A stretch of 64,000 nucleotides of DNA. It comes from an uncultured Arcobacter sp. (GTDB lineage: Bacteria > Campylobacterota > Campylobacteria > Campylobacterales > Arcobacteraceae). Below, one piece after another: positions 1 to 10,564 of the stretch. A model generated the notes under the pieces. That model saw only the letters and a program-made list of their open reading frames with translations. It was not told where the DNA came from and made no database searches. The stretch spans positions 160,001-224,000 of the forward strand of contig OZ223300.1 of the NCBI GenBank assembly GCA_965140705.1, written 5' to 3'. A program made the translations under genes and the position numbers. Numbering within the stretch: the stretch's first letter is position 1; each line of letters begins with the position of its first letter.

Positions 1-15
1 TGTTAAGTTATACAT
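1..15 (-). CDS. 5' start of a gene running off the left edge (MYNLT...)
   Basis: Minus strand reads AGGA-cagacat-ATG TAT AAC TTA ACA to the window edge; product cannot be determined. Confidence 0.4.
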
Positions 16-30
16 ATGTCTGTCCTAAGT

Positions 31-63
31 TAGTTTGTTTCAAATAGTTTTTGAAACAAACTA
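31..63 (-). terminator. 14-bp inverted repeat downstream of the Mop gene
   Basis: TAGTTTGTTTCAAA-tagtt-TTTGAAACAAACTA. Confidence 0.5.
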
Positions 64-71
64 TTTATTTT

Positions 72-485
72 TTAAGCTACTAAGATAACACTTGATGCTT
101 TAAAAATAGCATAAACGGTATCATCTTTTCTAATTGATAAATCTTCTACTGCTTCATTTGTAATTACAGCACAAAGTTGGTTCTCTCCAATAGATACTTT
201 AATTTCACTATTAACTGCACCTTTAATTACTTCTTTTACCACACCCTTAATATTATTTCTAGCTGTTGTTTTAATAACTTCTTTACTTAAAATAATTGTT
301 GAAGCTTTAATTAGCGTACCAACTTTACTATCAACATCAATTTTAAGTGATTCTTTCCCATCATTTGTAACTGTTGCACAAATATGAATAGAAGGTGAAA
401 CTTCTATCTTAATTTCACTCATTACTGTACCTGTAGTTATTTCTACGACTTTACCATTTAACTGGTTTCTTGCACTTGTTTTCAT
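72..485 (-). CDS. Di-Mop/TOBE molybdate-binding protein (ModG-like)
   Basis: Two MKTSARNQL / TARNNIKG Mop repeats; mod context. Confidence 0.85.
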   Translation of the reverse strand: MKTSARNQLNGKVVEITTGTVMSEIKIEVSPSIHICATVTNDGKESLKIDVDSKVGTLIKASTIILSKEVIKTTARNNIKGVVKEVIKGAVNSEIKVSIGENQLCAVITNEAVEDLSIRKDDTVYAIFKASSVILVA

Positions 486-537
486 ATCAAACTCCTTATA
501 ATAAAATTAAATCTTCTACAAAATAAAAGACTTAAAT

Positions 538-1215
538 TTAATATATTTTTTCTTTTTTCTGAAGTATATTTAGACAAATAAAAAAGACAATAGATATAAC
601 TACTAAAATACCACTAAGTGCCATTGCCAAATCATATTCTCCATCAAATACAGCATTATAAATTGCAAGGGATACCGTATCTGTTTTCCCAATAATATTC
701 CCACCTAACATCAAAGTAATTCCCACTTCGCCCAATGCCCTAGCAGTAGCTATCAATAAGGAGATATATAGTGAGTTTTTAATATTTGGTAGTACAATAA
801 ACAAAAAAGTATTTATCTCACTTTTCCCACTAATGTATGCAGCTTCTTTGATGTTTTTAGGAAACTGTTCTATAGTAGCTTGAAGTGGTTTTACCATCAA
901 GGGAAGTCCTGCTATAAAAGTTGCTATTACAATTCCTGAAAAACTAAAGATTAGTGTGATATTAAAATGACTAAGTAATGCCCCTAATACACCATCTCTT
1001 CCTAGGAGTATAAGGAGAAAAAAACCCACAGCAATTGGTGGAAATATTAGAGGCATTGTTACAATCGTGTCTAAAATCCATTTAAATCTTAGATTCTTTT
1101 TTGATAAGATAAAAGCTATGGGAACTCCTATTATCATAAATAAAATTGCACTCACCCCAATAGTTTTTATACTAAGTATAAAAGGTTTAGAAATTTGTGC
1201 AAGTTCAAGATACAT
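538..1215 (-). CDS. modB: Molybdate ABC permease (second ModB)
   Basis: PLIFPPIAVGF, EAA loop, ARALGEVG motifs. Confidence 0.8.
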   Translation of the reverse strand: MYLELAQISKPFILSIKTIGVSAILFMIIGVPIAFILSKKNLRFKWILDTIVTMPLIFPPIAVGFFLLILLGRDGVLGALLSHFNITLIFSFSGIVIATFIAGLPLMVKPLQATIEQFPKNIKEAAYISGKSEINTFLFIVLPNIKNSLYISLLIATARALGEVGITLMLGGNIIGKTDTVSLAIYNAVFDGEYDLAMALSGILVVISIVFFICLNILQKKEKIY

Positions 1216-1925
1216 TAAAGACCATATTTTTCAAATATTTTTTTAGAGGTATTATTTTGTAAAAAGTTCACAAAATCTCTACACTCTTTTGTGTCACAAG
1301 CATTTAATTTACCTGCAACTATTTCAATATTTGTATAGTATTTTTTGGGTACTTCAATATATCCACCTATTTTATCTTTGTTTGCTAAAGCAGCCGTTAG
1401 ATTTACAATCCCTACATCTACTTCGCCTGTTATTACATATGTCATTGATTGGGGAACAGTTGCAACTATATATAACTTGTCTTTTACTTTATTTTCTAAA
1501 TTACTATTTATCAAAAACTCTTTTCCTGCTATTCCATATATTGCTTTTTTGGGTTGGGGCATAGAAATTCTAGTTATGTATTTTTTTGATAAATCATTTA
1601 TAGAGTTTATTTTTTTGTCTTTTGCATAGGCAAGTACAACTTTTCCTTCTCCTAGTTTAATATAATCATTAAACTTTAAATTACTTTTTTTTGATAGAAA
1701 CCTTTTGTCTCCTATTATTAAGCCCATATCTGTCTGTTTTGCTTGAGTTGTTACTTGTCTCATATTTCCAAAAAAAGCATCAATTTTTTTACCACTTTTT
1801 TCATACTCTTTTATAACTTCCATCAAAGGTTTTTTATATCCAGCACCAGCTGCAACTTTTAAATTAGCTGCAACAAGTGCAACACTTACTGCAATAATAC
1901 AAAATAGTATTTTTTTCAGCATCAT
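1215..1925 (-). CDS. modA: Molybdate-binding periplasmic protein (second, divergent ModA)
   Basis: Signal peptide; AAGAG and P-AIYG motifs; coupled to modB. Confidence 0.7.
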   Translation of the reverse strand: MMLKKILFCIIAVSVALVAANLKVAAGAGYKKPLMEVIKEYEKSGKKIDAFFGNMRQVTTQAKQTDMGLIIGDKRFLSKKSNLKFNDYIKLGEGKVVLAYAKDKKINSINDLSKKYITRISMPQPKKAIYGIAGKEFLINSNLENKVKDKLYIVATVPQSMTYVITGEVDVGIVNLTAALANKDKIGGYIEVPKKYYTNIEIVAGKLNACDTKECRDFVNFLQNNTSKKIFEKYGL

Positions 1926-1934
1926 AATTCCTTT

Positions 1935-1960
1935 CAGTATATATATTTATATATAACGAT
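1935..1960. promoter_or_regulatory. ModE-type box upstream of second modAB
   Basis: TATATA-N6-TATATAACGAT matches the ModE operator consensus; near-identical site at 5112-5134. Confidence 0.75.
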
Positions 1961-1972
1961 AATTAAATTTTT

Positions 1973-2827
1973 TTAGGTATTTTTTATCAAAGGTGCAAAA
2001 GCTTTTGTACTCACTAAAACTTTTTGCCCAATATTTAAATTTTTTGCTTCATCACTACTTACAACAACTTCCACAAGCTGTTGACCTATTGATACAATCG
2101 CTACTTGTATTACATCAACTTTTATAATATCAAGTAATTCTCCCTCAAATGAGAATTTCTGAGAGCCACTAGTTCTTAATAAAATATCTTTAGCCTTCCC
2201 ATCATTTATTACTAAACCTTGATTTAAAACTATAACTCTATTTGATAATCTATACATTTCACTTGGATCATGACTTACCATTATTGTGGTTGTATTAAAT
2301 TCTTTATGAAGTGTTAATATCTCTTGTTGTAGTTTTGCTCTCATTTTTGGGTCTAGTGCTGATAAAGGCTCATCCATAAGTAGAAGTTTTGGTTTATTCA
2401 TTAGTGCTCGACAAAGACTAACCCTTTGTTTTTGTCCACCACTTAATGTATTTGGTAATCTATTTTCTAACTCTTCCATTTCGGTTATTTTTAAAAGTTT
2501 TATTGCTAAATCTTTATCTTTTTTCACAAATAAAAGGTTATCTATCACACTCATATTTGGAAATAGAGCATAGTCTTGAAAAACAAAACCTATTTCTCTT
2601 TTTTGAGGAGCTAGAAAAGTTGAGTTATTTTGCCAATAGGTTTCACCTATTTTTATTTCACCCTTTGCTTCTTCTAAACCTGCAAGTATTCTTAAAAGTG
2701 TAGTTTTACCACTTCCACTTAGACCTGCCAAGGCTATAAAATCACCCTCTTTAATCTCTAAAATTACATCTAAATTCATTTGCCCATTTGAGCCATGAAG
2801 TTTTTTAAATATATCTATTTTTATCAT
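1973..2827 (-). CDS. modC: Molybdate ABC ATPase with C-terminal TOBE domain
   Basis: Walker A GLSGSGKT, LSGGQ signature, Walker B LLMDEP. Confidence 0.85.
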   Translation of the reverse strand: MIKIDIFKKLHGSNGQMNLDVILEIKEGDFIALAGLSGSGKTTLLRILAGLEEAKGEIKIGETYWQNNSTFLAPQKREIGFVFQDYALFPNMSVIDNLLFVKKDKDLAIKLLKITEMEELENRLPNTLSGGQKQRVSLCRALMNKPKLLLMDEPLSALDPKMRAKLQQEILTLHKEFNTTTIMVSHDPSEMYRLSNRVIVLNQGLVINDGKAKDILLRTSGSQKFSFEGELLDIIKVDVIQVAIVSIGQQLVEVVVSSDEAKNLNIGQKVLVSTKAFAPLIKNT

Positions 2828-2830
2828 ATT

Positions 2831-3523
2831 TTATATTCCAAATTTTTTGTTGCTTCTACCATTGAAGATATAAACACTAAGAAGTACTAAAAAACTAATT
2901 ATGACCATAATAGCACTATAGATATGGGCAGTTTTATAATCCATTATTTCTACCATTTCATATATTGCAACTGAAGCTACTTTTGTCTCACCAGGAATAC
3001 TTCCTCCTACCATAAGAACAACTCCAAACTCTCCTACTGTATGTGCAAAGGTTACGATTATTGCTGTAAGGAGAGCTGGTTTTATGTTTGGTAAGGCTAC
3101 TTTTAATAAAGTTTTTATTTTCCCTTTTCCGCAAATATAACTTGCTTCAATCATATTCTTACTAATACTTTCAAAACCACTTTGTAAGGGTTGAACCATA
3201 AAAGGAAGACTGTAAAAACAACTAGCAATAACAAGGCCATAAAAGTTGAACACTAGTTTTATTCCTAAAGTATTTTCAAAAAAGGCACCTATTGGTGAAT
3301 TATATGATAATACCCACAGAATATAAAACCCTAAAACAGAAGGTGGTAAAACTATTGGAAGAGCTGTGATTGCTTCTAAAAAAGGTTTCAATCTTGATTT
3401 TGTTTGAGATAAATACCAAGAAAGAGGTAATGAAATCACAAATAAAATTGAGGTGGTAATAAATGCTAATTTAAATGAGAGTATAAAGGGACCAAATTCT
3501 ATAGCTTTCAGGGTTTCAAACAT
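2831..3523 (-). CDS. modB: Molybdate ABC permease
   Basis: LPIVLPPSVLGFY, FAHTVGEFGVVLMVGG. Confidence 0.9.
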   Translation of the reverse strand: MFETLKAIEFGPFILSFKLAFITTSILFVISLPLSWYLSQTKSRLKPFLEAITALPIVLPPSVLGFYILWVLSYNSPIGAFFENTLGIKLVFNFYGLVIASCFYSLPFMVQPLQSGFESISKNMIEASYICGKGKIKTLLKVALPNIKPALLTAIIVTFAHTVGEFGVVLMVGGSIPGETKVASVAIYEMVEIMDYKTAHIYSAIMVIISFLVLLSVYIFNGRSNKKFGI

Positions 3524-3917
3524 TTATTATTTCCTCAATAGATAAATCACTTGCTTTTATGAAAATATTAATTTCATCATCTTTTTTTAGATGCATTTTT
3601 TTTGCACTTGCTTGGGTTATTATTGATTGAAAATAGGAGTCCTTAGCTTTAATTGTAACGCTACAAAGAAGTTTGCCATTTTCAATATTATCAATCTTTC
3701 CATTTATTTGATTAGAGAAACTAAGCATACCTTTAAAATCTCTTGCCAATATTATATTCGTAGCTTTTACAACTAATACAACTTTTTGACCGATTTTAAT
3801 ATTTTCATTAAGATCCAAACTCATCATTTTGAGTTTGATTCCTGAAAAGTCAAATTGTACAATATTGAGATTATCAATATTGTCTATTTGAGATATGATA
3901 GCTTCTATTTTATTCAT
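3516..3917 (-). CDS. TOBE-domain protein
   Basis: Degenerate Mop repeats (LSFSNQING, IFIKASD) inside the mod operon. Confidence 0.7.
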   Translation of the reverse strand: MNKIEAIISQIDNIDNLNIVQFDFSGIKLKMMSLDLNENIKIGQKVVLVVKATNIILARDFKGMLSFSNQINGKIDNIENGKLLCSVTIKAKDSYFQSIITQASAKKMHLKKDDEINIFIKASDLSIEEIINV

Positions 3918-4660
3918 GGTACTAAATATCCAAATTTGTTAAATATTTTTTTTGCATTTGAACTTAAGATAAAGTCATAAAAGGCTTTTGCTTCTTTATT
4001 GTCTTTTGCATTGTTTATAATAACAATTCCTTGATTAATAGGAGTATAAAGTTTTGGATTTACATCTATCCAATTTACACCTTCTTTATACATACTCATT
4101 TTTGGACTATATAAAGATGATTTTGCAATAAATCCAATATCAGTTGCTGTTGTTGCATATGTAACTGTTTGAGATATAGATTCAGCATATACATATTTTT
4201 TTACAACATCGTTATATATTTTTGCATTTTTCATAGCTTCAACTGCTGCTTTTCCATAAGGAGCAGTTTTTGGATTTGCAATAGCGATTTTGCTTACTGA
4301 ACTATCCTTTGCTAAATTTATTCCTTTTGACATATCTAGTTTTTTCACACTTAAAATTGCTAAACTTCCTTGGGCATAAATAACTGGTTTTGTAATGGCA
4401 ATTTTATCACTATATAAGGCTTTTGGATATTTCATATTTGCTGCCATAAAAATATTATATGGAGCACCATTTTTAATTTGTGCAGTTAGTTTTCCACTAC
4501 TTCCAAGTGTTACTTCAACTTTTGTATTTGGGTTTGTTTTATTAAACTCTTTGATTAAATCTCCAATTGCATAACTAACATTTGCAGCAACTGCAACATT
4601 TATTTGTCCTGCAAACAGACTTAAACTTATAACTAAAATCCCTATTACTATTTTTTTCAT
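3914..4660 (-). CDS. modA: Molybdate-binding periplasmic protein
   Basis: AVAAN, GSSGKL, IANPKTAPYG motifs; signal peptide. Confidence 0.9.
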   Translation of the reverse strand: MKKIVIGILVISLSLFAGQINVAVAANVSYAIGDLIKEFNKTNPNTKVEVTLGSSGKLTAQIKNGAPYNIFMAANMKYPKALYSDKIAITKPVIYAQGSLAILSVKKLDMSKGINLAKDSSVSKIAIANPKTAPYGKAAVEAMKNAKIYNDVVKKYVYAESISQTVTYATTATDIGFIAKSSLYSPKMSMYKEGVNWIDVNPKLYTPINQGIVIINNAKDNKEAKAFYDFILSSNAKKIFNKFGYLVP

Positions 4661-4669
4661 TCTTTTTCC

Positions 4670-5089
4670 TTATTTTCCTATCATTACATCTGTTGCCTTG
4701 ATTATGGCACTAACACTATTTCCTATTTTTATATGTAAGTTCTTTATTGAGCTTGCTGTAATTACTGAAATTACTCTCTCCTTATTTCCTATATCTATTT
4801 CTACTTCTGCAGTTACAGAACCTAAATGGATATTTTCGACAATTCCTTGAAGTTTATTTCTTGCACTTATATTTAAACTTACATCTGTAGTTATAAGAAC
4901 ACAACTTGATTTAAATATTACTGTAACTATGTCATCTATTTTTAAATCAAGATTTTTAACAGCACTATTTGTAATCACTGAAACAATTGTATATCCACTA
5001 TTCAATTTTACATAGATTTCAGAATTAACTTGACCTTGTTCAACTAATTCTATTACTCCAGTTAATTGATTTCTTGCACTTAGTTTCAT
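4670..5089 (-). CDS. Di-Mop/TOBE molybdate-binding protein
   Basis: Two SARN Mop repeats. Confidence 0.85.
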   Translation of the reverse strand: MKLSARNQLTGVIELVEQGQVNSEIYVKLNSGYTIVSVITNSAVKNLDLKIDDIVTVIFKSSCVLITTDVSLNISARNKLQGIVENIHLGSVTAEVEIDIGNKERVISVITASSIKNLHIKIGNSVSAIIKATDVMIGK

Positions 5090-5108
5090 TTTTCTCCTTT
5101 ACGCAAAG

Positions 5109-5134
5109 CATTATATATTTATTTATATAACGAT
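5109..5134. promoter_or_regulatory. ModE-type box upstream of first mod operon
   Basis: TATATA-tttatt-TATATAACGAT about 20 bp upstream of the start codon. Confidence 0.75.
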
Positions 5135-5138
5135 TAGC

Positions 5139-5172
5139 TAAAAAAAACTAGAAGGAATCCCTCTAGTTTTAA
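5139..5172 (-). terminator. Intrinsic terminator after nifK
   Basis: Minus strand AAAACTAGAGGG-att-CCTTCTAGTTTT followed by a long T run. Confidence 0.75.
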
Positions 5173-5174
5173 AA

Positions 5175-6719
5175 TTATCTTACTGAATCGAAGAAATAAT
5201 CTGTTTCAGCAATATCTTTTGTCTCTTCATCTAATTGATCTAAGATACCATTAGTAATCCAAGTTAAAAGGTTGATAGCACCTTCATACCCACTCATAGA
5301 GTATCTATGTAAGTGATGTCTATCAAAAATTGGGAAACCAATTCTAATAAGTGGAGTTTTTGTATCTCTATAAAGTTCTTTACCATAAACATTACCAATC
5401 ATGAAATCAACTGGTTCTGTGAATAATAATGATCTTAATGCCCATAAATCTTTACCTGGCCAAATATTACATTCGTCAGATCTGTTTGATTTATCTAAGA
5501 TTGCTCTCATTTCTGCTTCCCAATTTTTTCTTGGAGCATTATGACAAACAACATGAGTTGGAATTGCACCCATTTCAACTAAGAAAGAAACCATTCCTAA
5601 TAGGAAATCAGGATCTCCCCAGATTGCAATTTTTTTACCATGCATATATGGATAAGAATCTTGCATTGCATCAACAAGTCTAGCTCTTTGTTGTTTTAAT
5701 TCTTCTGGAACTTCTTTACCAGTTAATTCTGCTAATTTCATAACAAATGCATCTGTACCACTTAAACCAATTGGATTACAAGTTTCATAAGTTTGTTTCC
5801 ATTTGTTTTTAATAGTTTTAGCAGTTGCTATTGTAGAATACTTTTGTAAAGAGATAGTTGCTTTTGCATTTACTGCAGTTTTAGCATCTTCAATTTTAGT
5901 TCCACCAGCATATAATTTATATTCACCAGCTCCTGTATCCCATTGTTCTTCATGGTCACCAATCATTATGATTTTATCACCGAACATTTTAGAGATTTTT
6001 TTAATCTCTTTTAATGAACCTAAATATGGTTCAAATCCAGGGATAATATTAATTCTCTCTTCATCAACTTTTTCAGCTTTAGGAGGATTTAATTGCTCTA
6101 AAGTAGATTTCATCATATTATCGTAACCTGTAATATGAGATCCTACGAAAGAAGGAGTATGTGCATGAGGAATAAGAACGTCATCTAATTCACCTTCTGC
6201 TTCTTCTTTAGCTCCAATAATAAATGCACCTAAGTCATCACCGATAACTTCTGCCATACAAGTTGTACTTACAGCAATCATTTCAGGTTTATATAAAGCG
6301 TTACAATTTCGTAAACCATCTTTCATATTTGCCAATCCACCAAATACCGCTGCAGATTCTGACATAGAATCACTTACACATGGAGTTGGTTCTTTAAAGT
6401 GTCTTGTAAAGTATGTTCTAAAGTATGCAACACATCCATGAGATCCATGTACGTAAGGCATAGTATTTTCAAAACCAAGACCAACCATTACAGCACCAAG
6501 AGGTTGACAAGCTTTAGCTGGATTAACAGTAATTGCTTCTCTTGCAAGGTTTTTTTCTCTATAATCCCATGATTTAGTCCATTCTTGGATTTCATCAACT
6601 TTAGCTGGATTGATAGCTCCCATTGAACCTTCAAATTGTTTTTTGTTTTTTAAAACCTCTTGATATTCAGGTTTTAAAAATAGTTTTTGTCCGTTTACTA
6701 TATTATCTAAATCTTGCAT
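5175..6719 (-). CDS. nifK: Nitrogenase MoFe protein beta chain
   Basis: NPAKACQPLG, HGSHGC, STTC P-cluster ligands; GFPIFDRHH. Confidence 0.97.
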   Translation of the reverse strand: MQDLDNIVNGQKLFLKPEYQEVLKNKKQFEGSMGAINPAKVDEIQEWTKSWDYREKNLAREAITVNPAKACQPLGAVMVGLGFENTMPYVHGSHGCVAYFRTYFTRHFKEPTPCVSDSMSESAAVFGGLANMKDGLRNCNALYKPEMIAVSTTCMAEVIGDDLGAFIIGAKEEAEGELDDVLIPHAHTPSFVGSHITGYDNMMKSTLEQLNPPKAEKVDEERINIIPGFEPYLGSLKEIKKISKMFGDKIIMIGDHEEQWDTGAGEYKLYAGGTKIEDAKTAVNAKATISLQKYSTIATAKTIKNKWKQTYETCNPIGLSGTDAFVMKLAELTGKEVPEELKQQRARLVDAMQDSYPYMHGKKIAIWGDPDFLLGMVSFLVEMGAIPTHVVCHNAPRKNWEAEMRAILDKSNRSDECNIWPGKDLWALRSLLFTEPVDFMIGNVYGKELYRDTKTPLIRIGFPIFDRHHLHRYSMSGYEGAINLLTWITNGILDQLDEETKDIAETDYFFDSVR

Positions 6720-6720
6720 A

Positions 6721-8187
6721 CTATGCTCCCTCTACTTCTTTATCCCATGGTGCTTTAGTATGATTCCATACAGGAGAATTCATAGCTAAATCCATATCTT
6801 TTGCAAAAATTGCAAATGCATCATACCCATGGTATGGTCCACTATAATCCCAAGAGTGCATTTGTCTAAATGGTAATCCCATTTTTTGAAATACATATTT
6901 CTCTTTTACACCAGCTGCAACTAAGTCAGGTCTTAATTTTTTAACAAATTCTTCTAACTCATACTCATTTGCATCATCATAAATAAGTGTTGATCTTCCT
7001 AAATCTTCTTTAGTTCTTTTATAATCATCACCATGTCCGAACTCATAACCAGTACCGATTACTTCCATTCCTAAATCTTCATAAGCTCCAATAACGTGTC
7101 TTGGTCTTAATCCACCAACATAAAGCATAACTTTTTTACCCTCTAACATTGGTTTATATTTAGCAATAACAGCGTCAGTCATAGCAGTATATTTAGCAAT
7201 AACTTTTTCTGTTTGTTCTTGAATCTTTTCATCAAAGAATGATGCAATTTTTCTTAAACTTTCAGTAGTTTTACTTGGTCCAAAGAAGTTATATTCCATC
7301 CAAGGTATACCAAACTCTTGCTCCATATGTCTAGAAATATAGTTCATAGATCTATAACAGTGAAGTAAGTTTAATTTTGCTTTCGGTGCAATTGCTAACT
7401 CTTTATAAGTAGCATCACCAGACCATTGTGCAATAACTCTTAATCCCATTTCTTCTAAGATTAATCTTGTAGACCAAGCATCTCCACCGATGTTATAATC
7501 TCCAATAATTGCCACATCATAATCAGTTGATTCAAAATCTTTTCTATGTGATGTATCAGGCATAACATGATCTCTAATCATATCATTTGCGATGTGGTGA
7601 CCAAGAGATTGTGAAACCCCTCTAAACCCTTCACATGATACAGCAACAGTTTGATGACCTGTCTCTTTTTTATGCACTTTAGCTACTGCTTGAATATCAT
7701 CACCGATTAGACCGATTGGACATTCTGATTGAATTGAAATACCATTGTTTAATGGGAATAATTCATCAATCTCTTCTAATGCTTTTTTAAGTTTTTTATC
7801 TCCACCGAAAACGATATCTTTTTCGTTAAAGTCAGTTGAGAAGTTCATTGTAACAAATGTATCAACACCAGTTGTACCGATATAATAATTTCTTCTACCA
7901 CCTCTTGAATATTGTCCACATCCAATTGGTCCGTGAGAGATATGAATCATATCTTTAATTGGTCCCCAAACAACCCCTTTAGATCCTGCGTATGCACAAC
8001 CTCTTTGTGACATAACACCTGGTACAGTTTGTTTGTTACTTCTTGTAGTATCACAAGAACCTTTTACACCTTCTGGATTATCAGTTCCTAAGTGTTTTGC
8101 TCTATTTTTTTTAGCTTTTTCTGGATAAGCTTCAAGTACTTCTGCAATCGCTTGCTTTTGAAGACTCTCTAATGTTTCTGGTCCCAT
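6721..8187 (-). CDS. nifD: Nitrogenase MoFe protein alpha chain
   Basis: RGCAYAG, HGPIGC, SECP, HCYRS, GGLRPRH, QMHSWDY FeMo-co ligands. Confidence 0.98.
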   Translation of the reverse strand: MGPETLESLQKQAIAEVLEAYPEKAKKNRAKHLGTDNPEGVKGSCDTTRSNKQTVPGVMSQRGCAYAGSKGVVWGPIKDMIHISHGPIGCGQYSRGGRRNYYIGTTGVDTFVTMNFSTDFNEKDIVFGGDKKLKKALEEIDELFPLNNGISIQSECPIGLIGDDIQAVAKVHKKETGHQTVAVSCEGFRGVSQSLGHHIANDMIRDHVMPDTSHRKDFESTDYDVAIIGDYNIGGDAWSTRLILEEMGLRVIAQWSGDATYKELAIAPKAKLNLLHCYRSMNYISRHMEQEFGIPWMEYNFFGPSKTTESLRKIASFFDEKIQEQTEKVIAKYTAMTDAVIAKYKPMLEGKKVMLYVGGLRPRHVIGAYEDLGMEVIGTGYEFGHGDDYKRTKEDLGRSTLIYDDANEYELEEFVKKLRPDLVAAGVKEKYVFQKMGLPFRQMHSWDYSGPYHGYDAFAIFAKDMDLAMNSPVWNHTKAPWDKEVEGA

Positions 8188-8215
8188 AATTTTCTCCTTT
8201 GAAAGAAAAAGTAGC

Positions 8216-8575
8216 TTACGCTACCTTAACTCTATATAGATTCATGTCATCTAATTTTTTACATATTGTTTTAGTTGCATCACCATCAACAGATTTTGAG
8301 ATTTCAGAAATTTGATATTTATTTGTGTAATAAATCATTTTGTAACCGTCTTTTTCTGCACACTCAGTATTTGTATAATAATCAACTAGAGCTGTATGTA
8401 AAAAAGAACCTTCTGGGATAGAAATCTCTTCTAACTTAACACCTTCTCTTGTTTCACTTGATACAACTACAGATTTACCTGTAGCATCAATTCCATCTTG
8501 CACTTTTTCTATTACTTTATCAAAACTTACATCATTACCCATATCAGCTGGGAAGTGGTATCCACATACAAACAT
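8216..8575 (-). CDS. Hypothetical protein between nifH and nifD
   Basis: 119-aa ORF with strong AGGAG RBS, co-oriented within nifHDK. Confidence 0.75.
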   Translation of the reverse strand: MFVCGYHFPADMGNDVSFDKVIEKVQDGIDATGKSVVVSSETREGVKLEEISIPEGSFLHTALVDYYTNTECAEKDGYKMIYYTNKYQISEISKSVDGDATKTICKKLDDMNLYRVKVA

Positions 8576-8582
8576 TTTATTC

Positions 8583-8692
8583 TCCTTTTAAAATGTCCCA
8601 TTTTTAAAGGGACCTATCTTTAATAAATTCTTTTAACAGGATTTATAAAAAATCCTTAAAGAATCAAATCCTAAAGGGCGAAAGAATTCGCC
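8583..8692 (-). ncRNA. Candidate structured intergenic RNA motif, copy 1 (nifH to orf)
   Basis: Three hairpins plus conserved CUUUAG-NN-UUUG linker shared with copies at 17065 and 18420. Confidence 0.6.
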
Positions 8693-8720
8693 AACATATA
8701 ACTTTATATTTAGTACTTTT

Positions 8721-9659
<939 letters not shown>

Positions 9660-9675
9660 TTACAAAATAGATAAT

Positions 9676-9691
9676 TGCATATAGCGTTCCA
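9676..9691 (-). promoter_or_regulatory. Sigma-54 (-24/-12) promoter of nifH
   Basis: TGGAACGCTATATGCA = GG-N10-GC. Confidence 0.85.
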
Positions 9692-9869
9692 CAAGATAAA
9701 AAAATAGTAAATTTTTTTTGTAATTTTTTTTAAAGTCCATAAAATAGGGATTTTGGAGAAGATTTTTTTTAAAAGAGATAAAAATAGGATAAAATATATC
9801 TTATTTTCATTATTGTTTTTATACTACATTTTTTGTAAAATTTGTTGTTTTGAATTGTAAATATTAAGA

Positions 9870-9890
9870 AAATCAACCAAAGGTTGATTT
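9870..9890 (-). terminator. Hairpin downstream of ktrA
   Basis: AAATCAACC-aaa-GGTTGATTT. Confidence 0.55.
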
Positions 9891-9916
9891 AAAAAAAGTG
9901 CTTAGAATAAGTAGAT

Positions 9917-10564
9917 TTAGAATTGTTTACAAAATTCTTTACTGTATTTTGCTTCTCCAATGAAAACTAATACATCGTTTTCTTTTACTTTATAAGAGGA
10001 GTCTATATTTAAAACCCAAGTACCATCTGATTTGTAAGATACTATTTTGAGTTTTTTATATTCTTCTTTTATTTCATAAATTCTTCTATTGATAAAGTTT
10101 TCATTTGCTACTAGTTTTATGACTTTTATATTATTACTTACATCTATCTCTTCCATTGTCATATTATCAATAAGTTTATTTACTAACATTCTTCCTGCTA
10201 TTTTTTCAGGATAGATAATTTTAAAGGCTCCAATTTTTGATAAGATCTCACCATGAGTTGATGTAATAGCTTTTGCAATAATATTTTGATTATTTAAATC
10301 TTTTAGTGCCATTACTGTTAAAATACTTGCTTCAATATTCTCACCAATACTAACAATAACCGTATCAAGATTATAAATTCCCACATCTTCTAGGGCTTGT
10401 TTATTTGTACTATCAAGAACAAAAGCATTATCAATATATTCGCTTATCTCTTGAATTCTTTTTTCATCATTATCTACTGCTATTACTTTTACATCTAATC
10501 TTGATAAACTTTTTACAATATAAGATCCAAATTTTCCTAATCCAATAACTGCGATTGTTTTCAT
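9917..10564 (-). CDS. ktrA: TrkA/KtrA-family K+ uptake regulatory (RCK) subunit
   Basis: VIGLGKFG NAD-binding RCK motif; next to a TrkH-family gene. Confidence 0.8.
   Translation of the reverse strand: MKTIAVIGLGKFGSYIVKSLSRLDVKVIAVDNDEKRIQEISEYIDNAFVLDSTNKQALEDVGIYNLDTVIVSIGENIEASILTVMALKDLNNQNIIAKAITSTHGEILSKIGAFKIIYPEKIAGRMLVNKLIDNMTMEEIDVSNNIKVIKLVANENFINRRIYEIKEEYKKLKIVSYKSDGTWVLNIDSSYKVKENDVLVFIGEAKYSKEFCKQF

Noticed and set aside
9700..9900. NifA upstream activator site (TGT-N10-ACA) upstream of nifH
   Set aside because: Only a TGT-N9-ACA (9814-9828) seen in very AT-rich DNA; not supportable
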